Part shown: piece after piece, positions 43,244 through 57,152 of the stretch | Layout of the letters: each line of letters begins with the position of its first letter | How positions within the stretch are numbered: the first letter of the stretch is position 1 | Assembly: GCA_052426225.1 (NCBI GenBank) | Contig: JBNJNM010000013.1 | Location: 310,001 to 374,000, forward strand | Direction of reading: 5' to 3' | Source: Zancudomyces culisetae HAW-14-8 | Lineage: Eukaryota; Fungi; Kickxellomycota | DNA: 64,000 nt | Program-made: the position numbers and the translations under genes | Notes under the pieces: model-generated | What the model was told of the DNA's origin: nothing | What the model saw: only the letters and a program-made list of their open reading frames with translations | Database searches by the model: none

Positions 43244-46200
43244 TTTGGTGTTTTCAAATTACACTAGTATAAAGTGATTTTGTAATTTAATGTTTATTAC
43301 TTGGACACCTACACTAGATTTTAGAATTTTACTTTTATCCGCGGTTCTCTTCCATAAAAATTCTTAAACTGGGACCATCCTCGCTTTTTATATATTTTCA
43401 AGTTTTATTTGTAGACCAAGTATAAAACATAATCGAGTAACTAACTAATTTGTTTTACTTTATTTTTTGATTTGGTGCAATTTTTTCAAATATTATTAAT
43501 TCAATCCTGATTATTTTTTTATATCATTGATTTCATTGTTATCGTGTACAACTATTAGCCGGATTTTAATTGGCATTTAAACCCAGCATTGATTGGTAGA
43601 GGAAACTTTCCAGATTTTTTTAAAATTGAAAAAGCCAGGAAAACACCCAACTTGAAAAATTAATTTTCCAGGAATCAGTGGGAAATCGATGTGCACAAAC
43701 AAAAATTGTCGTTAATTAGATTTACCTTATTGCACAAAAAAATTTTTTGAACAACAGCTTGCGAAATTAGTATATATTCAAAAGCACCATGTACAATAGA
43801 TAAGATAACATATTACAGCCATACAAACGATGCATATATTAAATAGCCAGTTTCATATCTCTTTTGGAAGAATTCGTGGTTAGAAAAATCAAAATGTAAA
43901 AGCGACAACAATCCCAATTATGGTAACGCCAATAGTAACGATTCCGGTAACGATTGTGGTACCAGTAACGGGAAAGGTAACAGCTACTGTGAACATTCTA
44001 TAATCAAGAGTTTGGTATAAGAGTAGGGTTTTCAAGATTATTGTGACAGCCCTCACAGTACCAACACTTCATGACTCGGTACCAGACATCATTCCGCAGT
44101 GATAGCTGGTGCCTTTGAGCATACCAACGATCCCATTATCTATTTCAGTCAAAATTTTAGTGAATCAAAACCCAAACGGTAACATGAATACCATTCATAT
44201 AATACAAGATTTTTCAGTCGCTATGAATATTAAATACAATTATATTGTAGTTGCACATTTGGTCCGTTAAATTTTATAACGAAAATAATAGAAATTTAGA
44301 ACGAAATTGGATCTATTTAGTTGGCCTGGGCCCTTCTTTGGCTGTACTATAAGAATTTTTTATCTAATCTCTTGGCCTTGTATAATTCTCGTTGGTGGTA
44401 GTGATTCGCCTAATAGAGTATAATAACTCAAAATACATAAGCAAGCCGCTCGTATGTTAGACCCATCTACCTTGCATACGAGAATGTATAGATAATACTA
44501 TCTACGGACTGATGACTACGAGATTGCCCATTTTAATACTTGGCCACCTTACTATTTCAGAATACCCCGAGTATGTTAGCATTTTTTTACGGCAATTTAT
44601 TGTTGATTAGTACCAGTGAGTATGTTAGTAATACTTAGCAAAAGTGGGCTAAACATTACATTCAGGTATACCCATAACTGGTAAATTTACAATCATAATT
44701 TCTACAACTCGCGTCAATTTGCATAATTGTTTGATTTGCTCGTCTTCCTGTCGTATCTCTATGTCACCTCTACCTTTTGGTATCTCAATAGTCCCCTTTT
44801 TAAGAAAGGGGGGAGGGTAGGGTTCTATCGAATACGTGGCCGCTTATGAAGGTTTTATAAATACTTGTGCAGTATTAAAGTCATAAGGTGTTCTCCTGTT
44901 CGTTATCTGTAGTTAGTTAGTCATAGTCAGTCGTGAAATTTAGATTGCACTAAAAAAAACAGCTGAAAAAGCCTCAAGAATATGTGTTTTACGTTTAGTT
45001 GAACACATATTACTCCCCCGAATGTGAAAAACAATAGTTGCTATCTTTCCTATCTGTATGGATTTGAAGTTTTTATAAAATTTGCAATGCATCATTCAAA
45101 AATCAACGAAGGGTTGTAAACCAGAACGCATATTCTTTTCTAAACCGGTTTATTGGCATTACATACATTTGAGTAACACCTGATAGGCTTGCAAATTCCT
45201 CAGACCAGAGTATTGCATGTATATATCTCTTTGTCGGAATTGGAACTTTTGTGCCAGATACCCCATTTCACTAACCAATTGAGTTAGATCTCTATGTTTA
45301 TGGTTTTTTTAGCATGTCAAAATAGACTATTTTTTTGCCCATTTATTCGTAGTTGGTGCCTTTTTTTGTGCTTCTTTCTAATGTACTATTAACCCCAACG
45401 CTGCGCCTCGTGTATTAAACTCTATAAGAGACAAATCTTCAGTTTTTTTCCTGGTTGTAAACCTGGTACCTTTTTGCAACAAAATGCAACATCGAACTAT
45501 CAATAAAATAGACATTTTATAAGTTCTATTGGTATTCATAGCTATGATGCCTTACCTTAAAGAAATAAATAACGATTGAAGAATTAGGTTAGCTGCAAAG
45601 AAAGATGATTGCTTGGCTTCACCCTGAGTGCGGAAATGTTTATACATTGATAGTGTAACAGATAATGCATACCCCAACATCATTAACCCTATACCTAGTT
45701 TCATACAAAATTTGCCTTTCTCTTCTAGCACTACTATTGTTTCCTTGTTTTCTCTGCTACCCTGATACACTTGTATTTCTCCAAGTATGAACACTCTAAA
45801 CAAATTATAAAATTCAGTTACCATATCGTGAACTAAAAATAAATTTCACACTCATACATATTTTTCCACTTACAATAGGGCTCCTACACTGCTAAAGAAT
45901 CCAGGGAGGCAATCGATACATCCAATTTTGATATCCAGTTTTGGGTCGTATAAGACTTTGATTATTCCATCGAAGAAAATTAACCAACCACCTAAGAACT
46001 TTAATGTCAACTAGCTATTAGGATCTGTTAAAATGTATTTCTTTGCTAGTTGCATGATACGTTTTACTTACCATCAAAATAGATAATGTTTTAAGTGGGA
46101 TACAGAAATGAGGGTGTATTATTCCCTCTGTTTTTAGCTTTCTTGTTTTCGGATACGCTGTACCATTATAATCCAACATTGTCGCTGATAGTTTTTCAAA

Positions 46201-49048
46201 CGTCGTTTAAAATTGCCAAAAAACAAAGACTATTCAGTTGTAAGTATTATAATTTTTCCAGTACGTCTTTACCTTTTCTAACAACTTACTGTGTAAGTTG
46301 AACTCTATATCTAATCTAAAGACGGAAATGTTAAATCCAGATGAGTATACTTGGTATGACTATGCAGAAATTTTGGGATGGTGAAAATTGAATCTTGTGT
46401 AGTGTTCTCATCATATTAAATATCAAAATTTATATAATGGGGACCTGGCTAATTACACCCTCCCCCATACTGTGAGGCTTTTTTGTATATAAACATTTAA
46501 AGTGATTATATTTAACTGAACGCGCTTAGATAGGCAAGCACGCATGACCAGTAGTAGACTTACTACTAAGATTATGCCTTGATTCGACTCACTTTAGGTG
46601 TATTTAGCTAAAACAAACTAGCTACTTTTCTTAATATTTATTCCGTGCTTACCAGAATCGCATATCCGGTAATTTTTTTTGTTTTTTATATTAATTTTTA
46701 ATCGTGGAACAAGCTCTCGTGAATAGTACGATCCAACGATTTTATTCGCAAATGCTAATATTTAATATATATAATACCATTCGAGCCAAAGCTTTGACCC
46801 CCCCCCCTTCCCTAAAAAAGTATAGTTTTATATGACTTTGTTTTCTTTCCCCGCATATTTATGTCTTGTATACTTTTCAAGCAGACCATTTAAATCTGAG
46901 TACTAATTTTTATTACGAACTTGCGAATACCCTTCTCCTTGAAGGAATTTATCCCAAAACATTTGTAAAAATTACCCTGAAACATGTTATATAGTCTTGC
47001 ACTCATCAATTATTAGACGTTTTTAATCTAGATTTTTTAAACAAAAGAAAACATGGTTTAACAACTATAGAAAATTGCAAAAGATGTCATAAAAACCTGT
47101 TAGGTTTTTATGATGTGCTTATATTTGCTTTTAACTTGAAATGGGCTAATACACTAACTGGAATTATTTCATTATCAATCAGCAACAAATACGCTTGCTT
47201 TTCAATTATTTCTAAACATACTTTCATTTTCGGCGTTAGATATAGTTTGTCGTGTTTTATTATATGCATTGTCTCGGTAATATAGCTACGATACCTATCG
47301 AAATTTAGCAAGACAATGTTCCTGTTATTACGAATCGGTATGTTAGTGTGTAGCTGATATGGGATTATGTTGAATTTCTGAATTCCAACAAACGCTCTGC
47401 TGATTGAAGGTTATTTTAATTAGATTACACAGAAAATGAATTTGTAATATCACAATTCACATTACACCAGTACTTTCTGCTTTGCCCTATCGCCTCCATT
47501 TTTATCCTCAAATTGACTGATTGAGCAACTACATTACATTTTGAGAAAAAATAATTATTTTACTATAATATTACAAGCCAAAAATTTCTAATTATGGAAA
47601 AGGGACTTATCAATTACTAAATCTAACATATAAATCGCTTTTAGAGTTACATATTATTTTTTATAAATAGAAAAATAGGAAAGTAGCTAACTAGCTATTA
47701 TTCTACCCACCATTATACTGCCAAAAATAGAAGCTATGTGTATTTGGAAATAGTGAGAATAAATAAAGCCATCATAAGCACGACCTTCTCAATAGGTTGG
47801 TATACAACTAGAGCAGATAATTTTGTGGTTTATACTGAAAAACCTGTGTTAATTTAGAAAAATAAAAGATCATGTTTGGTTTTTAGACTGTCGTGGCTTT
47901 TTTTGTGTAGTCGAAAAATGTGATTGATGTTCTCTAACTATTGGAAATCGATAACGAGATCTAAATTGTTAATTAATAAACTATAGGGCTACTTTTATCT
48001 TGTGTATATACTCCACTTAGCATAGTATTGCTTTATAAATTTGAGTTTTTTAAGAATAGAGGTGATAAAGAGGTGAGAGTGGTGAGAAAGAAAGTACAAG
48101 AACCGGTTCAATCTATTCTGTACCAAGGCGATAATAAATATGGTACACACATAGTCCAAAAAAAAAAAGAAATAGATGTGAACAGAAAAGTGAAATTGTA
48201 AAATGGATCTTTGGCAACAGCTACCAAATCCAATAATCGTTTGCCTTGCCATTGGATGATGTTGAAAAGTGTATCAAAAAAGACAAGTGTACATCCAGGA
48301 ATAATTTATCTGAATTCACTAAATGCGTTTTATGTAATGGTTTATAAAAGACACCTTCTTGTTCAATGGGGTAATTCAATTTACCATTAACCATCATTTT
48401 GAAAGTTACATATGCACCAAGTGTTGCAAGAACATAAAGGTAGCAGTACGATCTTTCTTTGGTTTGAGTTGTAGGTCTATTTTTAAATTCGAGTTTAGCT
48501 ATTTGGAATTGCAATTAGCTAAGTTAATTAACTTTGCAATTCCCAACTTTTATTGTTTTTTTTTCTTCAAAATGTATAAAGGATAATTTTCACCCTTTCT
48601 TTAACAGAAAACATTAATTTAAATCATGCATGTTAAAGTCAATACATATTATCTGTCTTATAGATAAATACATTTATAATTCATGAACTACATTCTACTT
48701 ACATTTTAGCCTCACTGATCAAAATTGCTTTGTGTATAGTGTGTTTAACGAGGTGCAAATAAACAGGAATACTGGGTGGAAAACGAATAAATTTTTTTGG
48801 AAACCGGTATCTGTACTTTTCAAGGTTATATGCGACAAAAGGGCTACTTTTTAAATAAACTATACGATCGATCCTTTGACGTGTTCATATCAATAATTAC
48901 AATATCAACGACATTAATAACTTATTTCAAGCATAACCAACAACGAAAATAAAAGTGAATAAAAAAAGCCAGAATACCGACCTACAACTAATACAAGCAT
49001 ATAATATTTTGACGAAAAATATTTCTTTAAAATATATAAATAACAAAA

Positions 49049-50620
49049 ATGCACATCCTACAGCTAACATTTTTTTTGCTTATCATATTAAAATCAAACT
49101 ATGCAATGGTTCAACCTAGACTAGCTGAACGTAAAGTAGTATCAAAGGTCATGGATAGGCTTGATAATTCAACTCTTCAGCAGAATAGAGCATATAACAT
49201 TGGGTTTTCTGTAAACGAAGGTACAGGGAATGAAGAGTATTTTGACATGTTGAAATTTTTAATTTCAGAATTTTCGCTAAACAATGATACCGATGTTTCC
49301 AACCTAAAATACGAGGAGATTTTTGTATCTGGTAATACAGGCAATCAAGCTTTACAAACCTCCAAGATAATCAGTGTTGTATTATCCGAAGTTCAGGCTA
49401 CAAAGCTTAGATCACTAACCTTTCCATACATCTCAATCGTTGAACCAGATATAAAAGTACAGGTATATTGGGGCGAAACACCATCAAATGATGATGATAA
49501 GTTGATAGTTGCACATAATACTCCCAGTAGTGACAGAAAAGAGGACTTTTTAAATATCTTTGCAAACTTATGGGATTCTAACCGACAGTCATCGAAATCA
49601 GTTTCATCAGATAGCGAAAATGAAGATCTCGATGTAAGTATTGTGGCAAATGATACTCCAGTATCAACACTTGGATTTAGTTCCTCTCCAGATAACTGGG
49701 CTCATGAGCGTCTTCCGCCCTGGAACTTGTGCAGAATTAGCAAGGAAAAATTTGACAATCCGCTAGAGTATATTCCATATGGTGGGACATACAGCTATCC
49801 AATCACTGAACCAAGCAAAGTTTTGGTGTTTGTAATTGATTCGGGAGTAAACAAGACGCATAGTGAATTGCAGGACAGAGTAATATACGAAGAATCCCTA
49901 GTTGCCACTGAACCCGAGACTGAAGATTTTTTTGGGCATGGAACATTTGTTTCAAGCATCATAACAGGAAAAATGGCTGGTGTAGCTAAAAATGTACAAC
50001 TAGGCTCGATAAAAGTAATAGATAGAGATGGATTGGCTGATGTTAAAACAATCATCTCTGCATTCAATCGAGTTGTACAACTAAAAAACTCTACGTTTAA
50101 AGATTATTCGATACTGGTGAACCTATCTATAAACGCAGATGGTGTGTCAAATACTCTATTATCAGCAATAGCTTCTGCAAACGAACAAGGTATCTTGACT
50201 GTAATTTCAGCAGGAAATAATTCAGATGATGCTTGTAGCTACAGCCCCTCTGGAGAACCCTCGAGCATCACAGTTGGAGCGATAGGATTTCCCAATGATG
50301 CCTTTTTTTCCTATTCCAACTATGGAAAATGTGTGGACATTCTTGCACCTGGTCAATCGGTACTTGGAGCAAGTGATGAGACCATTAGCGTACTTTCTTT
50401 CCAATCAGGAACATCAATGGCAGCACCTATGGTAACAGGTGTGTGCGCACAGGTATGGCAGAACAATCCTTCTTTATCCCCTGCAGAGGTTAGAAAGCGG
50501 GTTCTGGATAGTGCATTACGGGGGTTAATTACAGATTTGGATGAAAACACACCAAACCTGCTATTATGGAACGGATACAGTGGTCCCACGCTGCTACCAG
50601 AAATGATTACTGACAGTTGA
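49049..50620 (+). CDS. Secreted subtilisin-like S8 serine protease (proteinase K type) with propeptide
   Basis: Hydrophobic signal peptide; IDSG, GHGT, AGN and SGTSMAAP catalytic motifs. Confidence 0.93.
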   Translation: MHILQLTFFLLIILKSNYAMVQPRLAERKVVSKVMDRLDNSTLQQNRAYNIGFSVNEGTGNEEYFDMLKFLISEFSLNNDTDVSNLKYEEIFVSGNTGNQALQTSKIISVVLSEVQATKLRSLTFPYISIVEPDIKVQVYWGETPSNDDDKLIVAHNTPSSDRKEDFLNIFANLWDSNRQSSKSVSSDSENEDLDVSIVANDTPVSTLGFSSSPDNWAHERLPPWNLCRISKEKFDNPLEYIPYGGTYSYPITEPSKVLVFVIDSGVNKTHSELQDRVIYEESLVATEPETEDFFGHGTFVSSIITGKMAGVAKNVQLGSIKVIDRDGLADVKTIISAFNRVVQLKNSTFKDYSILVNLSINADGVSNTLLSAIASANEQGILTVISAGNNSDDACSYSPSGEPSSITVGAIGFPNDAFFSYSNYGKCVDILAPGQSVLGASDETISVLSFQSGTSMAAPMVTGVCAQVWQNNPSLSPAEVRKRVLDSALRGLITDLDENTPNLLLWNGYSGPTLLPEMITDS

Positions 50621-51057
50621 TTTACGAATAACCCACGAATTAAAGAATGAGGTGCAAATGTCAAGTAACTAGATAGACCTTTTTTTTTCAACAAAAAGTA
50701 GTTTACTTTATGCATATCCATTACCATTCATGTCTTGTTTTTTGATATTCTTAGATTGCGGTGTTGTTGGCATTGTAGGAAAATCAAGAGAAAAATAAAC
50801 AAATAATAACAAAACACCTTGTAATCGAAAGTTTGGTAATATTTTACATCGCAAATATAAAACGTGGAAATAGTGTGTTAGGAATAAGCATGTAGTTCTG
50901 GGTAGTTTTATCGGCCCTCTTGTCGAACAAAATAAACACCAGTTCCTTTTTGCCTTCAAAAACAATACAAATTAAAGTTTGGTAGTTCATAATACCTAAC
51001 CTTACTAAAAAAATCAAAAAAGTGAGAATATATAAAATAAATAATTACAAATGTATC

Positions 51058-52860
51058 TTATGTGGAAAGTAAATTATTATCAATAGAAAAAGTGTACTCG
51101 GGTTCACCAATAGTCGAACTGAAAAATACAGACGAGGGTCTCTGCTTAACCCGGGGAGAAACCCGAGGGGTATCGTTTGAATGACAATTCTTGGAGGATT
51201 GCTTATTATTGAGACCTCGGTTCGAAACCAATCTTTGATCCCTAAATCTAGAGCCCATAGATAGCTCAGCATCTAAAGGAAGGTATGAGAGCTGCGGACC
51301 TAGTTTTGGTGATTTTGGATTCAAAAACATAACTCTGTTTGACTCATCAATCTTGCAAAGAGAGTTTCTCCTAAAGGCAGAGATTGCAGTGTCTGCTCGG
51401 TTATTCAGCGTAGAAAAGTTTGACTCTACTTCCAACTCAAGAGCTTTCAGAGTGTCGAGAGACTCAACCAACATAGAATCAATTTTTTGAGGAGTCGATG
51501 AAGATAGGGTACGAGCAGATAAAGTGAATTCTCTAGAGACTGATGGATACTCGAGTTTTTGGGAAGTATTAAGGTGAAATTGTTCTTCTGCTGTGCTGAC
51601 ACTGCGCTGGTGAGGAAATGAACTATGATTTATGATGCTACGTGTATTATGAAGAGAAGAAAGGTGAGAGCGCTTGTGCGAAAACGGGCCATGTTTTGGA
51701 ACATCTTTGGGCACAAACAGGCTGTCCTGTGCCTCAAGAGTAAAGCTATATGACTTTGAACTGTTCAGCTTTGTGCCTGTCTGATGAGCGAGGTTATCAA
51801 AGCCAACAGTCACATTTTTCTCATAAAAAGTTTGCTTATTGTCCTCTGAATGCAAACCATTATCATCTAGACCTATGCCAGCCACTCGATCATATGATAC
51901 AATAGACTCTAGTGAATCTTCGAATTTCCCAAGGGTTTTTGACGGATACAAAACACTTTTGCTGGTCATCAATCTTTGTTTGCCTTGGTATATTGTGGCA
52001 CCACCATTATCACAGCTGCCACTACTACTACTACCACTACCATCGTCAGCTCCATCGCATGCGAAAACAGCTGGAATGTTTGTATACCTTCTCTCATATC
52101 TCCTTTCACAAACCGCTTCAGTTGTACAATGAACGGAGACTCTCCTGGCCTTCAATCCACCCTTTTTAGTAACCTTTTCTTTATTACCCAGAGTAGAAAA
52201 CGGAAATTTGAGTCTTTTTATATCTTCAAGGTTTTGGTTGATCAACTGGAGCTTCTCATACATCTCTCTTGGTTTGTCCATCACTTTGTAAAACTCAAGC
52301 AACCTATCAAACTTTTTTTCTAGCGCCTCACATTCCTTTGCTATGCGTTTATACATTCTCATGTCTTTGGAACTTTGTTTCCCAGAGTTCTCAACAGACA
52401 TTTCCATTTTCTTCATATTTACTACTCGTTCGAGGCTCGTTTTTACTTCAAACCCAAAATTCGTTATTGTTTTTTCCAGTTGCTCCTTTTGTTTCTCCTC
52501 AGCGCTCTCCTTTTTAAAATAATATGAATACAAGCTCGATGTTTCTGCTGAGATATTATGAAAAAAATCAGAATAGCTCGAACCTCTTCTCCTAGCCATT
52601 AGCGTTCCCATAGACTCAAACTCAACTTTGGGCTCGCCATATTCGGGGTATTCTATATCACAATCATATATATTCGTTTCTTTTGCTATTACGCTTTCTG
52701 TTTTTGCTATATCTGAATTACATATGAGTGTTTCATTTATTGTTTCATCGATTTTATAATTCCTGTTAGCTGAACTTTTTGATTTGTTTGTTCGGGTATC
52801 GCCTACTGCTCCTCTTGTTCTTGTTTGTCCTAAGTTTAATTGATGTTTTTTTATTTCAAG
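51058..52860 (-). CDS. Large last exon of a hypothetical low-complexity/coiled-coil protein (upstream exons unresolved)
   Basis: The 517-aa ORF stays open upstream to an ACTAATATAG acceptor at 52861; GTAAGT donor near 52924. Confidence 0.65.
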   Translation of the reverse strand, partial: LEIKKHQLNLGQTRTRGAVGDTRTNKSKSSANRNYKIDETINETLICNSDIAKTESVIAKETNIYDCDIEYPEYGEPKVEFESMGTLMARRRGSSYSDFFHNISAETSSLYSYYFKKESAEEKQKEQLEKTITNFGFEVKTSLERVVNMKKMEMSVENSGKQSSKDMRMYKRIAKECEALEKKFDRLLEFYKVMDKPREMYEKLQLINQNLEDIKRLKFPFSTLGNKEKVTKKGGLKARRVSVHCTTEAVCERRYERRYTNIPAVFACDGADDGSGSSSSGSCDNGGATIYQGKQRLMTSKSVLYPSKTLGKFEDSLESIVSYDRVAGIGLDDNGLHSEDNKQTFYEKNVTVGFDNLAHQTGTKLNSSKSYSFTLEAQDSLFVPKDVPKHGPFSHKRSHLSSLHNTRSIINHSSFPHQRSVSTAEEQFHLNTSQKLEYPSVSREFTLSARTLSSSTPQKIDSMLVESLDTLKALELEVESNFSTLNNRADTAISAFRRNSLCKIDESNRVMFLNPKSPKLGPQLSYLPLDAELSMGSRFRDQRLVSNRGLNNKQSSKNCHSNDTPRVSPRVKQRPSSVFFSSTIGEPEYTFSIDNNLLST

Positions 52861-55800
52861 CTATATTAGTCAACGTTTAACGTGAATATTTCTAACAAAA
52901 TAGTATCTTAATAGCTAGACTTACCATTCTTATCCCCTTCGGTAGTTTTTGATACTTGGTTTCCCATGTTACCGTGTATAGCCTCATAATAATAGTCCAG
53001 TTTAGTTTCTTTTTTAGCTTTTCCTGTGAAGGATATTTTGCTTTTTTTCTTCTATTTGCTTTGTTTGTTTTTTCCTCCGAAAAAAAAAACTTTGTTGGTA
53101 CAGAGTCGGCTAATACATATATAATCTTACACTTTTACGCTAGGAAGAGAAGTAAAAAGCTTTTTCCATACACTTTGGGTATACAATTCGTTAAGTACCA
53201 AGTCTTTTGTATAATACTTTAGCACTTTTCGAAAGTTACGAATTACAAAGTCAAGCTCTCTTAAACTATTCGATTTGCAGGTACTTGTCTCTACTAGGAT
53301 TTATTTTGTGCTACCACTCTCCGATTTTTCTTGACCTTGATCTAGATCTTGGTTGTCTGCTCTTTGCTAGATTTTATTGACGTGTTTACTGTGAATTCTA
53401 ATTTTTATACAAAGTTTCGTCTTTATTTGATGTACTGGTTAATAAATCTATTTTTCTACACAAAACCGGATAAAGTTAATATACAAGCTAAAAATACTGG
53501 GTTACTGGTGCATTTTAAAAGATATGGATATAATATTTCTTTTGTCGCGCAGACGGGTTTGATAGTTTATATACTCAGCATTGTTTTGTTTTCCTTTTTT
53601 CTGTAGCATTGTTCTAATTTCCTTTTGTTTGGTTTTAGTTTCGCATCTACACTTTTTTCATTTTTTTTTAAATTTCATTTCTGTGCCACTGTTATCTTTT
53701 GGTGACAGGTGTGGTCGAATATTTTACAAAATTACGTTGCCATTTACATCATTTTTCAGCCATATGAAATAAATAATAAACACCCTGAACTATAGTAAAA
53801 AATTCATTTGAATTAATACTTTGCACTACCTAGAAAGTGGTGCGAAAATATCATTATTTCCGCAAACAGACTAGTGCATAAAATGAGTCAAATTAAAAAA
53901 AAGAAAATTTCAATTGAATTGAATCAAAACAACAAAGTTGGGCACCCCAATAGGGCCAATAAAAAACAATTACACCAACATGCTTTGTGGTGTTTTGGTG
54001 ATTTATATATACAAATGCCACTTTGCACAGATTTCTGTTTTTGTTTGGCGTTTTTGACCTCGCAACTCTCATTTACAATGCAAAGAATTTTAATAAGAAT
54101 GTTCTACACCCTTAACGCCAATAAATAAACGAAAAGCGATTGAAATATATGCTTGTTTTCTGTATAAATGAGTAAGGCGTATCACAGTACATGTATGTAT
54201 CTCAATTGTATTAAATTCCGTTCGCCTTTATACCTGAGGTATTTTAGTCCAAGTATGAAAATGAAAGATTGTGCTTTAGGATATGGGGTTATGGTAATGA
54301 CCTAACCAAAGTTAAATGCAAAAATGGCGTGGTACCCAAATTTAGGTGTGATACGTTGAGCATAGTTCAAAATGAAGATTCTCATGCGTTTAATGATTCA
54401 GACTTTACTGTTCAGATAGGAGTTACTTTAAAAATTCCTAATGAGTCAAGTGCAGAAATACAGCACACTAAACATGATCATGTTTAGGTGTGGTGGCAAA
54501 GAATTTTAAAAATATAGTATATAGTATAACGTGCTGTATACCAAAATAAAAAGTAACAAGGCTTTACTCAACAAGGAGAATGTTCTTTATTTAATAAAAT
54601 GATATCATGTATACTTTCAAAGCGAGGTAGTGGGAGAATCACGTTTCATCCTGTGAGGTTACTTCAGGGCAATTTATTCCTCTTAGCCCCCTTTACTAAA
54701 ATCACTGAATGGGGGGAGGGTCGGTATGACTAATAGCAAAAGGCATCGTCATTTTTTATTACAGAAGAATGTAGCCAAGATGATATCATGGGTAAAATGC
54801 TAACATTTTGAAAGTTCTCTTTAAATGACAAGCCCATAGTTTGCCAATGGTTTCTAAAAATACCTTTATAAACGCTAATCAGTACATATACTTGTAGATT
54901 TAAAAAACTATAGCAGTATATATTACCCGAATCAACAATGAAATAATTTTTACATGTCGAATACTGGTAATGAACACGGAGTGAAGAAAAATGCAAAACC
55001 CAATAATGGCAGGAGAATGAACATCGCAGAATAAAATGACCCACATCATTCCTGAAAAACGCGTAGTCAAACTGATAATACATAATCATGGGGTTGTATA
55101 CCCGCGAGTACATCTGTACTAAAGTGTACTAATTTTATCATTTAAATAACACAATTACTTGTCATTTTTTTGACCACTAACTATTTGGCATAGACCAAGT
55201 AGTAGTTTTATGAAAAAGGTCTGGGAACTAAAAAAAAAGGATACTTTACACATTCTTTGCTTTGTTACTTTATATATTGTTTTGATAAAACAGTATGCCA
55301 CATTGTATCAAGAATGATCCATATAAACTCCAAGTGCTGCCTAGTTTTTTAATATCAAGAATAAGTGAATACTAACCTACACTTGCGTAATGTAGATAGC
55401 CCGCATAGGATGTAAATTATGTTTATCACACATATCACGTTTTTGACATTTATCAGGCTGTTTATCGTTGTATTTTTTCTAACTTATTGGTCAACCGTTA
55501 CATAACCTCAAGTTACAAATAGCTGTGAGAATATTAACCCCTTTTCATTAAATAAATTGTTTAACGAACTGGGGGGGGGGGCTTAAACAAATACAGATGT
55601 TTAGTCTTTTATTTTTCTTTCTGAAAATATACCAAATACTTTATGTTTCAAAACAACAATAAAGTGATGTGTATGGTCTAAACATTAGAAATGCATAGTC
55701 AGACCCGTATCACTTTAGCTGAAAAATCTACAACGGTATTGCTTTTATACAAATAAAACAACGCCAGTTGTTTCAGCTAGATTTTTTTTTTAAAAAGCAG

Positions 55801-57152
55801 GGGGTGAGGAAAGGTGGGTGATGCGACATGGGAGGTGGAATTTCACATCTACAGTCAGGATAGTTTAAACTTTTCCAATTTCAACCAGCTTTACTCTAGC
55901 CGTATCTTGGCTGTTCGATTTTGCTCAACGGAATTCATAGTTTGTATTTTATTATTGGCTTTTTTTCCAAAGTAAATATAAACATTGGTACTCTTTAATT
56001 TTAAAATAATCTAATAATCCTGGTATAAACAGAATATTCGGCTTTCTTATTAGCATTTTAAGGAATGATATTTCAGGCCACTTAAAAGCTAAAACTTGTC
56101 AATTGCGAACCCAAGAATACCATTTTATAAAGTGTGACAGACCAGTTGGTGGATCTGCAAAAAGTGTTAATCTGCAATTACTTTTTTGGTGATTCGTGTC
56201 GCATTTCTTTGTAATTTCCGAGCAGAATAAAACATCATTTCTATTTATCTTTTTGGAAAACTGTTATTTTTTGTTAATATGCACCCATTTCCGTCAATAT
56301 GCGCAAATCCTCTTTCAAGTTCATTTCACCTCAACAAAGATGATCCCATAAATTAGTCATGCAATTTCGGCGAAACAGTTTATAGCTTATGTAAAGACAA
56401 CGCGTTTTATTCTGGTTGTAAATCAATTCCAAATTTCCTTTGTTAAAACAGAGTAACAAAAGCAAAGTAGTGCAAGTGTTACAATTTTTTACTATACTCG
56501 TATTTCAATAGCCGAATGCTTGGTGTTTCAAGTCAAGAAATAAAGGAGAATATAAATAGTCTGGTCGTTTTGAAACCACCCCAATAAAACCAAACGTGTT
56601 TTGTCTAGAAACTGGGTTCTAGTTAGGAGTGTCTTGACCACAGACTTAAAAAGTGGTGATGATGTATATACAAGCTTTATTAATCCAAGTCTATTGAGAA
56701 ATTACATTTCCTCAATTGCTGGCAATTTTGGCGCGTTTCATAATGGTATGATGACAAAACTGCCATTGTCCCCTATTGTCTATTGCCGACATTGTGTATA
56801 GTTTTGCGATTCCGTTGTTTTATACGCTTATGTTCGTGTACCAAACCAATAATGAACGCGTGTCAGTTTTATTTTTATTTTTTAGGGATTATAGACCGCG
56901 TTGATCATTAAAGAAAAACAAAAGAGCATACTATTCTAAGAACTATCGCCATTTATTTTTGTAAGAAATATAGGGCAGGACTCATCAGAGTTCGAAGAGA
57001 CTTGACCAAAAAGTATAGTTTATTTAGACAGGCAAATATAAAACGTATAATAAAGGCATGTAATTTATCTTGAAGCGCGACAAGTAAAATAGGCGAACGA
57101 AGATGGAGTTGAATTGGAGCCGGAGCTAGAGCTGAGTGGGGAAGGGAAGGTG

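Noticed and set aside
43920-43990. GTAACG-periodic stretch as coding relic or array
   Set aside because: Short, irregular, with no ORF or flanking structure.
44000-57000. Many 60-130 aa ORFs in intergenic DNA and antisense to real genes
   Set aside because: Low-complexity F/L/I-rich translations or antisense shadows of real ORFs, with no motifs.
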